DNA of 64,000 bases from a bacterium (GTDB lineage Bacteria > Chloroflexota > Dormibacteria > Dormibacterales > Dormibacteraceae), in the NCBI GenBank assembly GCA_004299235.1, contig SCQL01000026.1, forward strand, positions 26,240-90,239, written 5' to 3'. The position numbers and the translations under genes were made by a program. Positions 17,667-30,990 of this stretch are shown here, one piece after another; within the stretch, counting starts at the first letter, position 1, and every line of letters starts with the position of its first letter. The notes under the pieces are model-generated. The model made no database searches. It had not been told where the DNA came from and saw only the letters and a list, made by a program, of their open reading frames with translations.

Positions 17667-19538
17667 TCATAACGTCTCCTTGAGACGCTTGGCGAGGCGC
17701 TCGGGCAAGCCGAGGGCCACGATGTCTTGGACCGGGGCTTCTCGAATCGCCTGCACCGAGCCGAAGTGTCGCAGGAGCGCTCGCTTGCGCGCGGGGCCGA
17801 TGCCTTCGACCGAATCGAGCGGGGACGTCAGCGCTTTGCGCGAGCGGACCTTGCGGTGATGGGTGATGGCGAAGCGATGGGCTTCGTCGCGGACGCGCTG
17901 GACCAGGAACATCCCGGGCGAGTTCTTTTCCTGGACGATCGGGTCGGAGCGCCCGGGCGCGAAGATCTCCTCGCGTTCCTTGGCCAACGCGAAGGTCGGT
18001 ATGTCGGCATAACCTGCCGCCTCGAGCACCTCCAGCGCGGCGCTGAGCTGCCCCTTGCCCCCGTCGATGAGGATCAGGTCCGGCCGGCTGGTGAACGAAC
18101 TGTCGCCCACGTCGTCGGCCTCCTCGCGGCGCTGCGCCGACTCCAGGCGCTCCAGACGGCGCCGGAGGACCTCCTGCAGCATGGCGAAGTCGTTGGGGCC
18201 GGGCACCAGCTTGATCCTGAAGTGACGGTAGTGGTCGTTCCTCGGCCGGCCGTCCTCGAACACCACCATGGCGCCGACCGCGGAGTCGCCCTGGAGGTTG
18301 GAGATGTCGTAGCACTCGATTCGCTTCGGCGGCGTCTCCAGGTCGAGGGCTTCGGCGAGCGCGGCCAGCATCGGCTCGGTGCGACTGCGGTCGTAGTCCG
18401 CCTGGATGCGCAGCTGCTCGAGCTCCTGGGAAGCGGTCTCCGCCAGCTGCGTGACCAGCGCCCGCTTTCGACCCCGCTGCGGCACCTCAACCGTCACCGG
18501 CCCCCCCCGACGCTGGCTCAGCCACCCGGCGACCAGGTCCGGCTCCTCCAGGGCTCCCGGCAGGATGAGCACGCGCGGCACATGGGTCGCGCTCGCGTAG
18601 TACTGGAGGACGAAGCCTCGCAGCAGCTCGGCTTCGGCGGCCTCTCCCGCGCCGTCGAGGGCGTGACCGTCGTGGCCGACCATCTTCCCCTGCCTCACGT
18701 ATGCCACCTCGACGAAGACCTCGCCCCCGCGCCGGGCATAGGCGATGAGGTCCTGGTCCTCGCGGCCGTGGGTCAGGACCTTCTGGCGGTCGGCGATGCG
18801 CTCGATCGATTGCAGCTGGTCCCGATAGCGCGCCGCGTTCTCGAAGTCGAGCCGGCCGGCGGCGCCCTCCATGCGCTCCTGGAGCTGGCGGACCAGGACG
18901 TCCGAGCGGCCTTCCATGAAGAGGGCGACCTCGTTGATCCGCGCGTTGTAGTCCTCGGGGCTGATGCGCCTCTCGCATGGGCCCGGACAGCGCTTGATGT
19001 GGAAGTCCAGGCAGACCTTGCCCTGCTTGAAGATCTCATCCGAGCAGGTCCGGAACGGCAGGAGCTGGCGGATCGACTTGACCGTGCCGCGCAGCGACTG
19101 CGCCGAGGTGTACGGCCCGAAGTAGAGGGCGCCGTCGTTCTGAACGCGCCGCGAGTAGTGGACGCGCGGGAACTCCTCGGTGACCGGCAGCTTCAGATAG
19201 AGGTAGTTCTTGTCGTCCTTGAGGCGGATGTTGAATCGCGGCCGGTAGTTCTTGATGAGGTTGCACTCGAGCACCAGCGCCTCGACCTCGTTGGCGGTCG
19301 TGACGAACTCGAAATCGGAGACCTTGCGCACCAGCTCGGCCACCCTCGCGGTCTGGGCGTAACCCGGCGTGAAATACGAGCGCAGCCGGTCGCGGAGGCG
19401 CAGCGCCTTACCGACGTAGATGACCTGGCTGCGGTGGTCGCGGAAGAGGTAGACACCAGGGGCGTCGGGGACGGCGCGCAGCCGGCGCTTGATCGTTTGC
19501 TCCAGCGGGGCCACCATTGAAACGGATTGTATGAACAC
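17667..19538 (-). CDS. uvrC: excinuclease ABC subunit C
   Basis: GIY-YIG (PGVYLFRDHRSQVIYVGKA), UVR, endonuclease V-like and (HhH)2 C-terminus. Alternative start ATG 19517. Confidence 0.95.
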   Translation of the reverse strand: MFIQSVSMVAPLEQTIKRRLRAVPDAPGVYLFRDHRSQVIYVGKALRLRDRLRSYFTPGYAQTARVAELVRKVSDFEFVTTANEVEALVLECNLIKNYRPRFNIRLKDDKNYLYLKLPVTEEFPRVHYSRRVQNDGALYFGPYTSAQSLRGTVKSIRQLLPFRTCSDEIFKQGKVCLDFHIKRCPGPCERRISPEDYNARINEVALFMEGRSDVLVRQLQERMEGAAGRLDFENAARYRDQLQSIERIADRQKVLTHGREDQDLIAYARRGGEVFVEVAYVRQGKMVGHDGHALDGAGEAAEAELLRGFVLQYYASATHVPRVLILPGALEEPDLVAGWLSQRRGGPVTVEVPQRGRKRALVTQLAETASQELEQLRIQADYDRSRTEPMLAALAEALDLETPPKRIECYDISNLQGDSAVGAMVVFEDGRPRNDHYRHFRIKLVPGPNDFAMLQEVLRRRLERLESAQRREEADDVGDSSFTSRPDLILIDGGKGQLSAALEVLEAAGYADIPTFALAKEREEIFAPGRSDPIVQEKNSPGMFLVQRVRDEAHRFAITHHRKVRSRKALTSPLDSVEGIGPARKRALLRHFGSVQAIREAPVQDIVALGLPERLAKRLKETL

Positions 19539-19552
19539 CTAGACTTCGGGCC
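19517..19552 (+). promoter_or_regulatory. candidate leaderless promoter for the DUF4190 gene
   Basis: TTGAAA (19517-19522), 17-nt spacer, TAGACT (19540-19545), 7 nt, then GTG 19553. No SD is present. Confidence 0.4.
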
Positions 19553-19996
19553 GTGAGCACGACTCCGGGCGAGCTGCCACCTCGACCCCCCTCCCAGCCG
19601 GGGCAACCGACGCAGATCGCGGGTCAACAGACCACGCCCGCAACCTCCGTTCCCGGGGCGCCGCCTGGCGCGGTGTACACGCCTGCCGCCGGGACCCAGA
19701 CCAACACCCTGGCGATTGTCAGCCTGATCACGGGGATCGGCTCCTTTTTCGCCCACATCATCCCCGGCGTCGGCGGCTTCACCGTGGCTGTCGTCGCGAT
19801 CGTGACGGGTTACATGGCCCGCAAGCAGATCAGGCAAAGCGGGGAGCAGGGAATGTGGATGGCCACCGCCGGGATGGTCATCGGCATCATTCACCTGGCT
19901 CTAATCGGGCTCCTGATCATCATCCTGATATTCGCGATCTTCGTCTTCGGGATCGCTCTGTTCGGCATCACCGCCCACTCCGTATCGGGGCGCTGA
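19553..19996 (+). CDS. DUF4190-type small membrane protein with Pro/Gln-rich N-terminus
   Basis: NTLAIVSLITGIGSFF...VVAIVTGYMARKQIRQSGEQG...ATAGMVIGIIHLAL pattern typical of DUF4190. Confidence 0.7.
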   Translation: MSTTPGELPPRPPSQPGQPTQIAGQQTTPATSVPGAPPGAVYTPAAGTQTNTLAIVSLITGIGSFFAHIIPGVGGFTVAVVAIVTGYMARKQIRQSGEQGMWMATAGMVIGIIHLALIGLLIIILIFAIFVFGIALFGITAHSVSGR

Positions 19997-20005
19997 TCCC
20001 CCGAG

Positions 20006-20024
20006 CGCCTCTCGGTCAGAGGCG
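20006..20024. terminator. hairpin CGCCTCT-cggtc-AGAGGCG at the convergent DUF4190/MFS junction
   Basis: 7-bp perfect stem; overlaps the MFS stop codon. Confidence 0.35.
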
Positions 20025-21235
20025 TCCCGTGCCGTCTCGAGCCGGGATGGCGAGCATCGGGAACAGGCCGGCGATGACGGAGACGACCACGGCCGCCCAC
20101 AGGGCGGCGTTCAGGGACCAGCTGATCAGCGGGCCCGCGAAGGCGGAGCCGATAGGAGTGCCGACGTAGTTCACGGCCATCGACACGGCGAAGGCGCGGC
20201 CAAACCAGGCCGGGTCGGTTCTTCGCTGCCGGAGGGTGAACAGCCCGATGTCGAAAGGCCCGTTGGCGGCGCCGAACAGCACGACGGCCAGGATCACCGG
20301 CGCCAGGCTGGTGGCGAAGGGCAGCAGGGACAGCGCGACGACGCTGATCGCGATCCCGGCGACCATCAACTGACGCTCGCGGCCCCGGCTCGGTAGGCTG
20401 CCCGCGATCAAGGCCGAAACGAGGCCCGCGGCGCCCAGCCCGCCCCACAGGAAGCCGACCGTGGCGGGTCCCTGATGAAGCCGATCGAGCACCAGGACCG
20501 GGATGGCGATCACCAGCACGCCATTGCCCAGGTTGAAGGTGCTGAGTGTGAGCGCCAGCCCGCGCAGGGTGGGATTGCGCGCGACGTACTCCAGCCCCAA
20601 CCACGCATTGCGCACGACCGACCCGCCGGCGTGGTGAGCGTTGACCGGGTCCCGCAGCCCCACCATCACCACCGCCGCGGCCGCAAAGACCGCGCCCGCG
20701 GCGAGCAGCGCCCACTCGCCTCCGACGAGCCCGACCAGGACGCCCGCCAGGGGCGATGCGACCAGCGACGCGATGACGTAGCCGCTGCTGTCGAGCGCGT
20801 TGGCCCGCTCCCAAAGGTGCGCCGGGGCGAGGATCGGCACCAGCGAGCGGGCGCCGGTCGCGCTCAGGGGATTGGTCAGCGACGCGAGGCCGACAATGGT
20901 CAGCAGCGCCGCTGGTGGCAGGACGTCGAGCATGGCCAGGGCGGCGATCAGCGCCGCCGCCAAGCCCGCGATCAAATAGTCGAGGACGATCAGCCGGGCG
21001 CGGCCCCTGCGGTCCAGGAGCGCGCCGGCCAGCGGCGACACCAGGACGCCGGGAAAGATGCCGACGAATGCGGTGGCGCCCGCCAGCTGGGGGGAGTGGT
21101 AGCGCCCCAGGACGAACAGGACCAGGATGACGATCATCATCTGCCCGCCCATGCGCCCCAGGAGCAGGCCCGCGTACAGCCGGGCGAAGCCCGGGACGCG
21201 CAGCAGGGCGCCGTACCCGACCGGCCGGCCGGGTT

Positions 21236-21239
<4 letters not shown>
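20016..21239 (-). CDS. MFS transporter
   Basis: MFS motif A ([15 protein letters not shown]) and 12 TM helices. The track ATG (21152) would delete TM1. The frame continues upstream as (L/M)[28 protein letters not shown] from CTG 21239, which overlaps the uvrA TGA. Confidence 0.8.
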
Positions 21240-24170
<2,931 letters not shown>

Positions 24171-24181
<11 letters not shown>

Positions 24182-24575
24182 TGGGTTCCCCCCGAGACAC
24201 CATGAATGTTCCGCTTGCGGTCGCGATCAGCCGCCCTCCTTCGCCTTCGACCCGGCACTCGGTCACGCACGTACGCCGGCCGGCGTGCACCACCTTCCCC
24301 GTGGCTCGGAGCGTCTCGCCGATCTCCGCCGCGGCGATGAAGTTGAGCTTCAGGTCAAAGCTTACGGCGCGGCGCACCGCGGGCTTCAAGGTCCGTACCG
24401 ACGCGCCCATGGCGCTGTCCGCAAGGGCGCCGATCAGGCCGCCATGCAGAAAACCCGCGTGGTTGGCCATCTGTTCCAGGCCCACCATCTCGACCGTCGC
24501 GGTCCCCTCGCCCTGGTGGACGAGCCTCACTCCCAGCCACTCCCAAGCGCGGGAGGGCGCGGGCGCTTCGGTCAC
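24171..24575 (-). CDS. PaaI-family hotdog thioesterase
   Basis: ...[25 protein letters not shown]...; the real gene is the 3' third of the 351-aa ORF. GTG 24575 shares GTGA with the upstream paralogue stop. Confidence 0.8.
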
Positions 24576-25018
24576 CGGCCCTGTCCCGGGGGCACGACGA
24601 TGCACGTCGAAGACGCCCGCGCGACCAGGCGGCCGGCGGCGTCGATGACGTCGGCCTCGCCGAAAAGCAGGGACTGGCGCATTTCGATCACCCGCCCGAC
24701 CGCGCGCAACCTCCCCTCGACCACCGGGCGCAGGAAGTTGATCTTGAGCTCGATCGTGGTGTTCCAACTCCCATCCTCCTGCAGGGTCGCCAGCGACATG
24801 CCCATCGCCGCGTCGGCGATCTGGGTGATGACGCCGCCCTGGACCACACCGCCGCCATGGCGGTGTTGCGGGCCGGCCTCCAGCTCGACGACGACGCGGC
24901 CCGGTTCCGCCTCTGCGATGCGGGCGCCGAGGGTCTCCATCCACCCCGCGGCATCGGCCTCCAGGAGCCAATTCGCGCGATCGAGGTTCTTCACGGGCCG
25001 CGCCGGGCCTTTCTCCAA
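24572..25018 (-). CDS. PaaI-family hotdog thioesterase (paralogue)
   Basis: ...[25 protein letters not shown]...[11 protein letters not shown]...; overlaps the uvrB 3' end by 28 nt if ATG 25018 is used. Confidence 0.8.
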   Translation of the reverse strand: MEKGPARPVKNLDRANWLLEADAAGWMETLGARIAEAEPGRVVVELEAGPQHRHGGGVVQGGVITQIADAAMGMSLATLQEDGSWNTTIELKINFLRPVVEGRLRAVGRVIEMRQSLLFGEADVIDAAGRLVARASSTCIVVPPGQGR

Positions 25019-27072
25019 TTGCGCACGGTCGTCCTCTGCTTCGGCGCGGCGGCGATCGCCAGGGCCACGTCACTGTCGTCTTCGCCGCCGCCCTCCTCCC
25101 CGGCGAGGCGCTTGCGCAGCGCGATGATGCGGTCGCGCACCCGCGCCGCATCTTCGAACTGGAGCTCCTTCGACAGGCGGCGCATCTCCTTCTCGAGGTC
25201 GCGCACGATCGCCAGGAGGTCCTCACGCGGCACTCCCGCTCCGACCATGAGCTCGACCGCGTCCGCCTGGATGTCCTTGTCTTCGATCTCGAGCGCGTAG
25301 ATCGCCTTCTTCACGGTCTCGGGCGTGATGCCGTGCTCCTGGTTGTAGGCGACCTGCCGCGCGCGCCGGCGCTCGGTCTCGTCGAGCGCCTGCCGCATCG
25401 AATCGGTGATCTTGTCCGCGTACATCACCACGTGGCCCTCGACGTTGCGGGCCGCGCGCCCGATGATCTGGATGAACGACCGGTACGCTCGGAGATAACC
25501 CTCCTTGTCCGCGTCGAGGATGGCGATGAATGCGACCTCCGGCAGGTCCAGGCCTTCGCGCAGCAAGTTGATGCCGACGACCACGTCCACCGCGCCGGTG
25601 CGCAGGTCGCGCAGAACGTCGATCCGCTCCATCGCGTCCAGCTCGGAGTGCAGGTAGCGCACCTTGACGCCGTACTCGCGCAGGTAGTCGGCGAGGTCCT
25701 CGGCGAACCGCTTGGTCAGCGTCGTCACCAGCGAGCGGTGGCCCAGCTGGGTGCGCCTCTTGACCTCGGCCAGCAGGTCGTCGATCTGGCCCTCGGTGGG
25801 TCGGACCTCCACGGTGGGATCCACCAGCCCGGTCGGGCGCACGACCATCTCCACCGTGTGCTGCGACCGCCGCAGCTCGTACGGCCCGGGGGTGGCGGAA
25901 ACGTAAATCACGCTCTGCGCGCGCTCCTCCCACTCCTCGAAGCTCAGAGGCCGGTTGTCGAAGGCGCTGGGCAGCCGGAACCCGTACTCGACGAGCGCCG
26001 CCTTGCGCGACCGGTCGCCACCCAGCATGCCGCCGATCTGCGGCACCGCGACGTGGGACTCGTCGACGAATATGAGTGCGTCGTCGGGCAGGAAGTCCAT
26101 GAGCGTGTATGGGGCGTCGCCGGGCTGGCGTCGCGTCAGGTGCATCGAATAGTTTTCGATCCCGGCGCAGGTCCCCGTCTCGCGCAGCATCTCCAGGTCG
26201 AAGTTGGTGCGCTGCCGCAGCCGTTGAGCCTCGAGCAGCCGGCCGTGCTCCTCGAACCACTTGCAGCGCTCATCGAGCTCCGCCTCGATGTCCACCATCG
26301 CCAGGCGCAGCTTGTCCGCCGGCGTGACGTAGTGGGAGGCCGGGAACACGGTGAACTCGTCGCGCGGGCCCAGGATCTCACCGGTCACGGCGTCCAGCTC
26401 TTGGATCCGCTCGACCTCGTCGCCGAAGAACTCCAGCCGGAAGACCTTCTCCTCGTTCGCGGGCACGAGGTCGACGACGTCGCCTCGAACGCGGAATCGC
26501 AGCCGTGCCAGGTCGTAGTCGTTGCGCTCGTACAGCATCTCGGTGAGCTTGCGAAGGAAGACCTCCCGCCGGATCGACTGGCCCTTCTCGACGTGGAGGG
26601 ATTCGCCCATGTAGTCCTCGACCGAGCCGATGCCGTAGATGCAGCTGATGCTGGCCACCACCAGCACGTCCCGCCTGGTCATCAGTGACTGGGTGGTGGA
26701 GTGCCGCATGCGGTCGATCTCATCGTTGCGGCTCGAGTCCTTCTCGATGTAGGTGTCGGACCGCGCGATGTACGCCTCCGGCTGGTAGTAGTCGTAGTAG
26801 CTGACGAAGTACTCGACCGCGTTGTCGGGCAGCAGGCGCCGGAACTCGGCGCAGAGCTGGGCCGCGAGCGTCTTGTTCGGGCTGAGCACCAGCACCGGCC
26901 GCTGGAGCTGCTCGACCGCCCACGCCATGACGTTCGTCTTGCCGCTCCCGGTCACGCCCAGGAGCACCTGCTGCGTCAGCCCGGACCCGACGCCTTCGAC
27001 CAGCTGCTCGATCGCCTGCGGCTGGTCTCCGGCCGGCTTGAAGGGTGCGTCGACACGAAAGCGGGAGGGCAT
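24991..27072 (-). CDS. uvrB: excinuclease ABC subunit B
   Basis: [14 protein letters not shown]...GVTGSGKT; helicase motifs; C-terminal UVR domain ([24 protein letters not shown]). Confidence 0.97.
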   Translation of the reverse strand: MPSRFRVDAPFKPAGDQPQAIEQLVEGVGSGLTQQVLLGVTGSGKTNVMAWAVEQLQRPVLVLSPNKTLAAQLCAEFRRLLPDNAVEYFVSYYDYYQPEAYIARSDTYIEKDSSRNDEIDRMRHSTTQSLMTRRDVLVVASISCIYGIGSVEDYMGESLHVEKGQSIRREVFLRKLTEMLYERNDYDLARLRFRVRGDVVDLVPANEEKVFRLEFFGDEVERIQELDAVTGEILGPRDEFTVFPASHYVTPADKLRLAMVDIEAELDERCKWFEEHGRLLEAQRLRQRTNFDLEMLRETGTCAGIENYSMHLTRRQPGDAPYTLMDFLPDDALIFVDESHVAVPQIGGMLGGDRSRKAALVEYGFRLPSAFDNRPLSFEEWEERAQSVIYVSATPGPYELRRSQHTVEMVVRPTGLVDPTVEVRPTEGQIDDLLAEVKRRTQLGHRSLVTTLTKRFAEDLADYLREYGVKVRYLHSELDAMERIDVLRDLRTGAVDVVVGINLLREGLDLPEVAFIAILDADKEGYLRAYRSFIQIIGRAARNVEGHVVMYADKITDSMRQALDETERRRARQVAYNQEHGITPETVKKAIYALEIEDKDIQADAVELMVGAGVPREDLLAIVRDLEKEMRRLSKELQFEDAARVRDRIIALRKRLAGEEGGGEDDSDVALAIAAAPKQRTTVRNWRKARRGP

Positions 27073-27127
27073 CGGGAATCTCTCATTCTAAGGCGCACAA
27101 ACGTTCGCCGGAAGACCGCAATCGCGA

Positions 27128-28342
27128 TCAGGGCAGCGCCAGGATCAATGCCTCCACGATCGTCCCGGCCGTGACCTCCTCGGTTCCGGGCGCGATCCGG
27201 ACGAGGGCGTGCGCGCCCGCCAGGGACATGAGGCGGGAGGAGGACTGTGAGCCGGTGGTCTCGGCCACCAGCTCTCGACCGTCGCGCCGCAGCGTGACGC
27301 GCTGGAACTCCGTGCGGTCGGCGCTCGCGCGCGCGTCGTACAAAAGGCGCACCGGCAGCGTCGGTCGGTGCAGCCGGGCGAAGCCCTGCATCTTGCGCAG
27401 CGCCGGTCGCACGAAGACCTCGAAGGTCACCAGCGAGGAAACCGGGAAGCCGGGCAGTCCGAACGCGACCTTGGACTGGGGGAGGGTGGCGAACGTGAAC
27501 GGTTTGCCGGGCTTGAGCTTGACCCGGCCCACATGCACCGTGCCGAGCGACTCAAGCAGCGGCTTGACCAGGTCGTGCGTGCCCACGGAGACGCCCCCGG
27601 ACGTCACCAGCGCGTCCGCCCGGTCCAGCGCCTGCACGACGAGCCGCCGGAGCGGTTCCGGCTGGTCCGGCCCGATCCCGAGCAGGCTCACCTCGGCGCC
27701 CGCCTCCCGAAGCGCCGCCAGCAGGGCCCAGCGATTGGAGTCGGCGATCTGCCCGCGGCGCGGCTCCTCCCCCACCTCCACCAGCTCGTCGCCCGTCGAC
27801 ATGAGAGCCACGCGCGGCCGGCGGTGCACGCTGAGGTATGCAAGTCCGAGAGCGGCAGCCACTCCCAGCTCGGCTGGGCCGAGGTGGCTCCCGGCCGAGA
27901 GAACCCGCTCGCCGGCGCGGAGGTCGGCGCCCGGCGGATGGAAGTTGGCGCCCGCTCGCAGGCCGCCGGGGACGGTGACGACGTCGCCGTCGACGCGCAC
28001 GTCCTCGACCATGACGACGCAGTCCGCGCCGTCGGGCAGCACGCCGCCGGTGAGGATGCGCGCCGCCGTGCCCGACTTCACCTCGCCGGCGAAGGGACGG
28101 CCGGCGGCCGACTCACCGAGCACGCGGAGCGCCCTCCCGGCGTCGGCCGCTCGCACCGCGTACCCATCCACGGCACTGGACGGAAACGGGGGCAGGGACG
28201 CGGACGCGACCACATCCTCACCCAGCACGCGGCCGGCGCAATCGGCCAGGGGCAGTCTCTCCACACCCAGCACCGGGGTCCGCTCCAGCACCAGCGCGGC
28301 GGCTGCGTCGACGTCGAGCAGCGGGTACGTGGACGCCCTCAT
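27128..28342 (-). CDS. moeA: molybdopterin molybdotransferase
   Basis: LPPFPSSAVDGYAV ... TSGGVSVGTHD ... MoeA N/C domains. Confidence 0.9.
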   Translation of the reverse strand: MRASTYPLLDVDAAAALVLERTPVLGVERLPLADCAGRVLGEDVVASASLPPFPSSAVDGYAVRAADAGRALRVLGESAAGRPFAGEVKSGTAARILTGGVLPDGADCVVMVEDVRVDGDVVTVPGGLRAGANFHPPGADLRAGERVLSAGSHLGPAELGVAAALGLAYLSVHRRPRVALMSTGDELVEVGEEPRRGQIADSNRWALLAALREAGAEVSLLGIGPDQPEPLRRLVVQALDRADALVTSGGVSVGTHDLVKPLLESLGTVHVGRVKLKPGKPFTFATLPQSKVAFGLPGFPVSSLVTFEVFVRPALRKMQGFARLHRPTLPVRLLYDARASADRTEFQRVTLRRDGRELVAETTGSQSSSRLMSLAGAHALVRIAPGTEEVTAGTIVEALILALP

Positions 28343-28360
28343 GTGGTCACCGAGCGCGAA

Positions 28361-30646
28361 TCACTCGTAGCGGAGCGCTTTGATCGGATCCTGGCGCGCG
28401 GCTCGCAGGGCGGGCAGCAGGCCGCTGACCGTGCTGAGCAGCACCGCGAGCACCAGCGCGGCGAGGACGACCGTGACATCGGTCCTGAACACGTCGAAGG
28501 TGGTGGGGCTCACCGCCCGGGTGAGGCGGTCGACGGCGGCGTTGCCCAGCCGGGCCAGGCCGACGGCGACCAGCGTGCCGACCAGCCCGCCGGCGAGGCC
28601 GATCACCGCGGCCTCGGCGACGAATACCTGCAGCACGTCGCGCCGCCGAGCGCCCAGCGCCTTGAGCACGCCGATCTCCTTGGTGCGCTCGAGCACCGCG
28701 GTGTACATGGTGTTCGCGATGCCGAGACAGGCGAGCAGCAGAGCGACGATCGCCAGTCCGAGCAGGGCCAGTCGCAACTTGGCCAGCAGGTCCTCGAAGT
28801 CGCGGAACTGGTCGCCGAAAGTCTGAGCCTGGAAACCGAGCGCCTCGACGCGATGGCGAAGACCGTCGACCGCGGGGCCGGAGTCGGCCAGCAGGGTGAT
28901 GCTCGCGAATTCGCCGCCCTTCCACCCGTTGGCCTGCGCCAGGCGCGTCCAGTAGGCGCGGAGCAGCCCGTATGGGGCCAGGCCGCCTGGCGCGCCCGCC
29001 GGCATGTACCGGTTGGAGACGACCCCGACCACCAGCAGCTCGATGGGGACCGGATGCGTGACCGGGTTGCGAGCCGCCCCCGGAAGCAGCAGGGCGCCGT
29101 AGCCCGCGCTGAACCCGACCTTCGTCCCGATGGCCGCGGGCGCGCTCACCAACCCGAGCGCGGTCGCCTCACCGTCGCTGAGCACCACCTCGAGCGCCGA
29201 GTCCGACTGCGGCAGGCGTCCCGCGGCCAGCTTGAGTCCACCGCTCGACTGCCCGACCGGTGGCAGCGAGACCAGCGCGCCTGAGGGCATGGCGGCCGGC
29301 TCCGCCGCGACGGCCGCGCCCGGTGCCGGCGGGTTGAACGCTCCGCTCATCGCCATCTCGCCCCAGGCGGCGCGGACGTGGGCCAACCCGCTCAGCGTGG
29401 CGAGCGTGCCGGCGTCGAAGGCGGCCGGATTCGCGGTGGCGAGAGGATAGACGGCGAGCTGATGCAGCTGGCTCGTGGCCAGGGCCGGGGAGCTGAGAGC
29501 GCCCTGCAGGCCTTCGGCCAGGGCGACGATCAAGCTCATGGCCGCGATCCCGATGGCCACGCCCGTGGTCGTGAGCGCCGTGCGCAGTGGCCGCCTGCCG
29601 GCGCTGCCCAGGCCGACCTTCAAGGTGTCCCGCCAGTGAAGACGGGCCGGCAGTCCCACCGGGTCCTGGTTGCGCACGGTCGGGCGCCCGGCGTCCAGCT
29701 CGATCGCACGGCCGTCGCTCATCCTCACCACCCGGCGGGCATGCCGCGCGACCTCAGGGTCGTGGGTAACGAGCACCACCGTCGCGCCGCGGCGGTTGAG
29801 GTCTTCCAGCAGCTCGAGCACGACCTCACCCGCGGCTGAATCCAGGCTTCCCGTGGGCTCGTCGGCGAGGATGAGACCGGGCCGGTTGGCGAGAGCGCGG
29901 GCCACCGCCACCTTCTGCTGCTCGCCGCCGGCAAGCCGGCCGGCGCGCGCCCGGGCGCGGTCCTCCAGGCCGACGAGCACGAGCAGGCGACGCGCTCGGC
30001 GGCGGCGCTCCTCGAGCTCGACCCCGGCCAGGGTCAGCGGCAGCGCCACGTTATCTTCGACCGTCATCGAGGGGATCAGGTTGAACGTCTGGAAGATCGT
30101 GCTGACGCGCTGCAGGCGGTAATCGGCGAGGTCCTGGTCGGAGAGCTCGCCCAGCGGCAGGCCGGCGCCGTAAACGTGGCCAGTGGTCGGGCGGTCGAGC
30201 CCGCCCATCAACGAGAGCAGCGTGGTCTTGCCGCAGCCGGAGGGCCCGACGACGGCAACGAACTCGCCTGGTCCGATCTCGAGCGATACGTCTTTCAGCG
30301 CCGAGACGTGCGACTCGCCCCTGCCCCCGAACTCCCGCGAGACCGCATCCAGGCGGAGGCCGACCGCCTGGCCGAGGAGGTCTTTGAACTCGGCCTCCAC
30401 CGGCTCGGGCATGGGCAGCAGCACACCGGGACCGGTGGGCGCTTCGAATCCAGGGCCCACGCCGGCGGCCGGCGCCGCCTCGGTGACGGAGGGCGGGCTC
30501 TCGGCGCCGCTCCCGCCGACCGGTGGCGCCGCCTCAGGCGCTGGACCGTGGGCCGGGCGCCGGCGGCGGCGTTTCCGGGCGTCGCCCGATTCGCCACCCC
30601 GGTCGCGTGCTGCGGTCGCCACCCCCAACAGAGTGTAAGTGCTCAC
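28361..30646 (-). CDS. MacB-type fused ABC ATPase + FtsX permease, with about 95-aa low-complexity N-terminal extension
   Basis: Walker A GPSGCGKTT, signature LAGGEQQKV, Walker B LILADEP; then TM1, a large extracytoplasmic domain and an FtsX C-terminus (RTKEIGVLKALGARRRDV). Alternative start ATG 30412. Confidence 0.85.
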   Translation of the reverse strand: MSTYTLLGVATAARDRGGESGDARKRRRRRPAHGPAPEAAPPVGGSGAESPPSVTEAAPAAGVGPGFEAPTGPGVLLPMPEPVEAEFKDLLGQAVGLRLDAVSREFGGRGESHVSALKDVSLEIGPGEFVAVVGPSGCGKTTLLSLMGGLDRPTTGHVYGAGLPLGELSDQDLADYRLQRVSTIFQTFNLIPSMTVEDNVALPLTLAGVELEERRRRARRLLVLVGLEDRARARAGRLAGGEQQKVAVARALANRPGLILADEPTGSLDSAAGEVVLELLEDLNRRGATVVLVTHDPEVARHARRVVRMSDGRAIELDAGRPTVRNQDPVGLPARLHWRDTLKVGLGSAGRRPLRTALTTTGVAIGIAAMSLIVALAEGLQGALSSPALATSQLHQLAVYPLATANPAAFDAGTLATLSGLAHVRAAWGEMAMSGAFNPPAPGAAVAAEPAAMPSGALVSLPPVGQSSGGLKLAAGRLPQSDSALEVVLSDGEATALGLVSAPAAIGTKVGFSAGYGALLLPGAARNPVTHPVPIELLVVGVVSNRYMPAGAPGGLAPYGLLRAYWTRLAQANGWKGGEFASITLLADSGPAVDGLRHRVEALGFQAQTFGDQFRDFEDLLAKLRLALLGLAIVALLLACLGIANTMYTAVLERTKEIGVLKALGARRRDVLQVFVAEAAVIGLAGGLVGTLVAVGLARLGNAAVDRLTRAVSPTTFDVFRTDVTVVLAALVLAVLLSTVSGLLPALRAARQDPIKALRYE

Positions 30647-30653
30647 TTAACAG

Positions 30654-30986
30654 TCAGCGCATCCGTTGACTGACCTGATCCTCGAGCCATTTCAGGTAGG
30701 CGGGCGAGCCGCCTTCGACCGCGATCTGAAGGATCTCGGGGAGCTCGTAGTCGTGGTGGCTGCGGACGTATTCCTGGACCGCCTCGGAGCGCGACTCGAC
30801 GGTCTTGACGAGGAGCAGGGCCTCATGCTCCCGCTTCAGCTGGCCGTCCCAGTAATAGAAGGAATGGACGCTGGGCACCACCGAGCAGCACGCGGCCAGG
30901 CGCTCCACCACCAGGGCCTCTCCCAGCCGCTCGGCATCGTCGCGGCCGCCAGTCGTGACCATGATCAGGACAGGGCGGTCCGGCAT
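30654..30986 (-). CDS. cutA: divalent-cation tolerance protein CutA
   Basis: VLIMVTTGGRDDAERLGEALVVERLAACCSVVPSVHSFYYWDGQLKREHEALLLVKT...YELPEILQI. Start moved to ATG 30986. Confidence 0.85.
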   Translation of the reverse strand: MPDRPVLIMVTTGGRDDAERLGEALVVERLAACCSVVPSVHSFYYWDGQLKREHEALLLVKTVESRSEAVQEYVRSHHDYELPEILQIAVEGGSPAYLKWLEDQVSQRMR

Positions 30987-30990
30987 CAGG

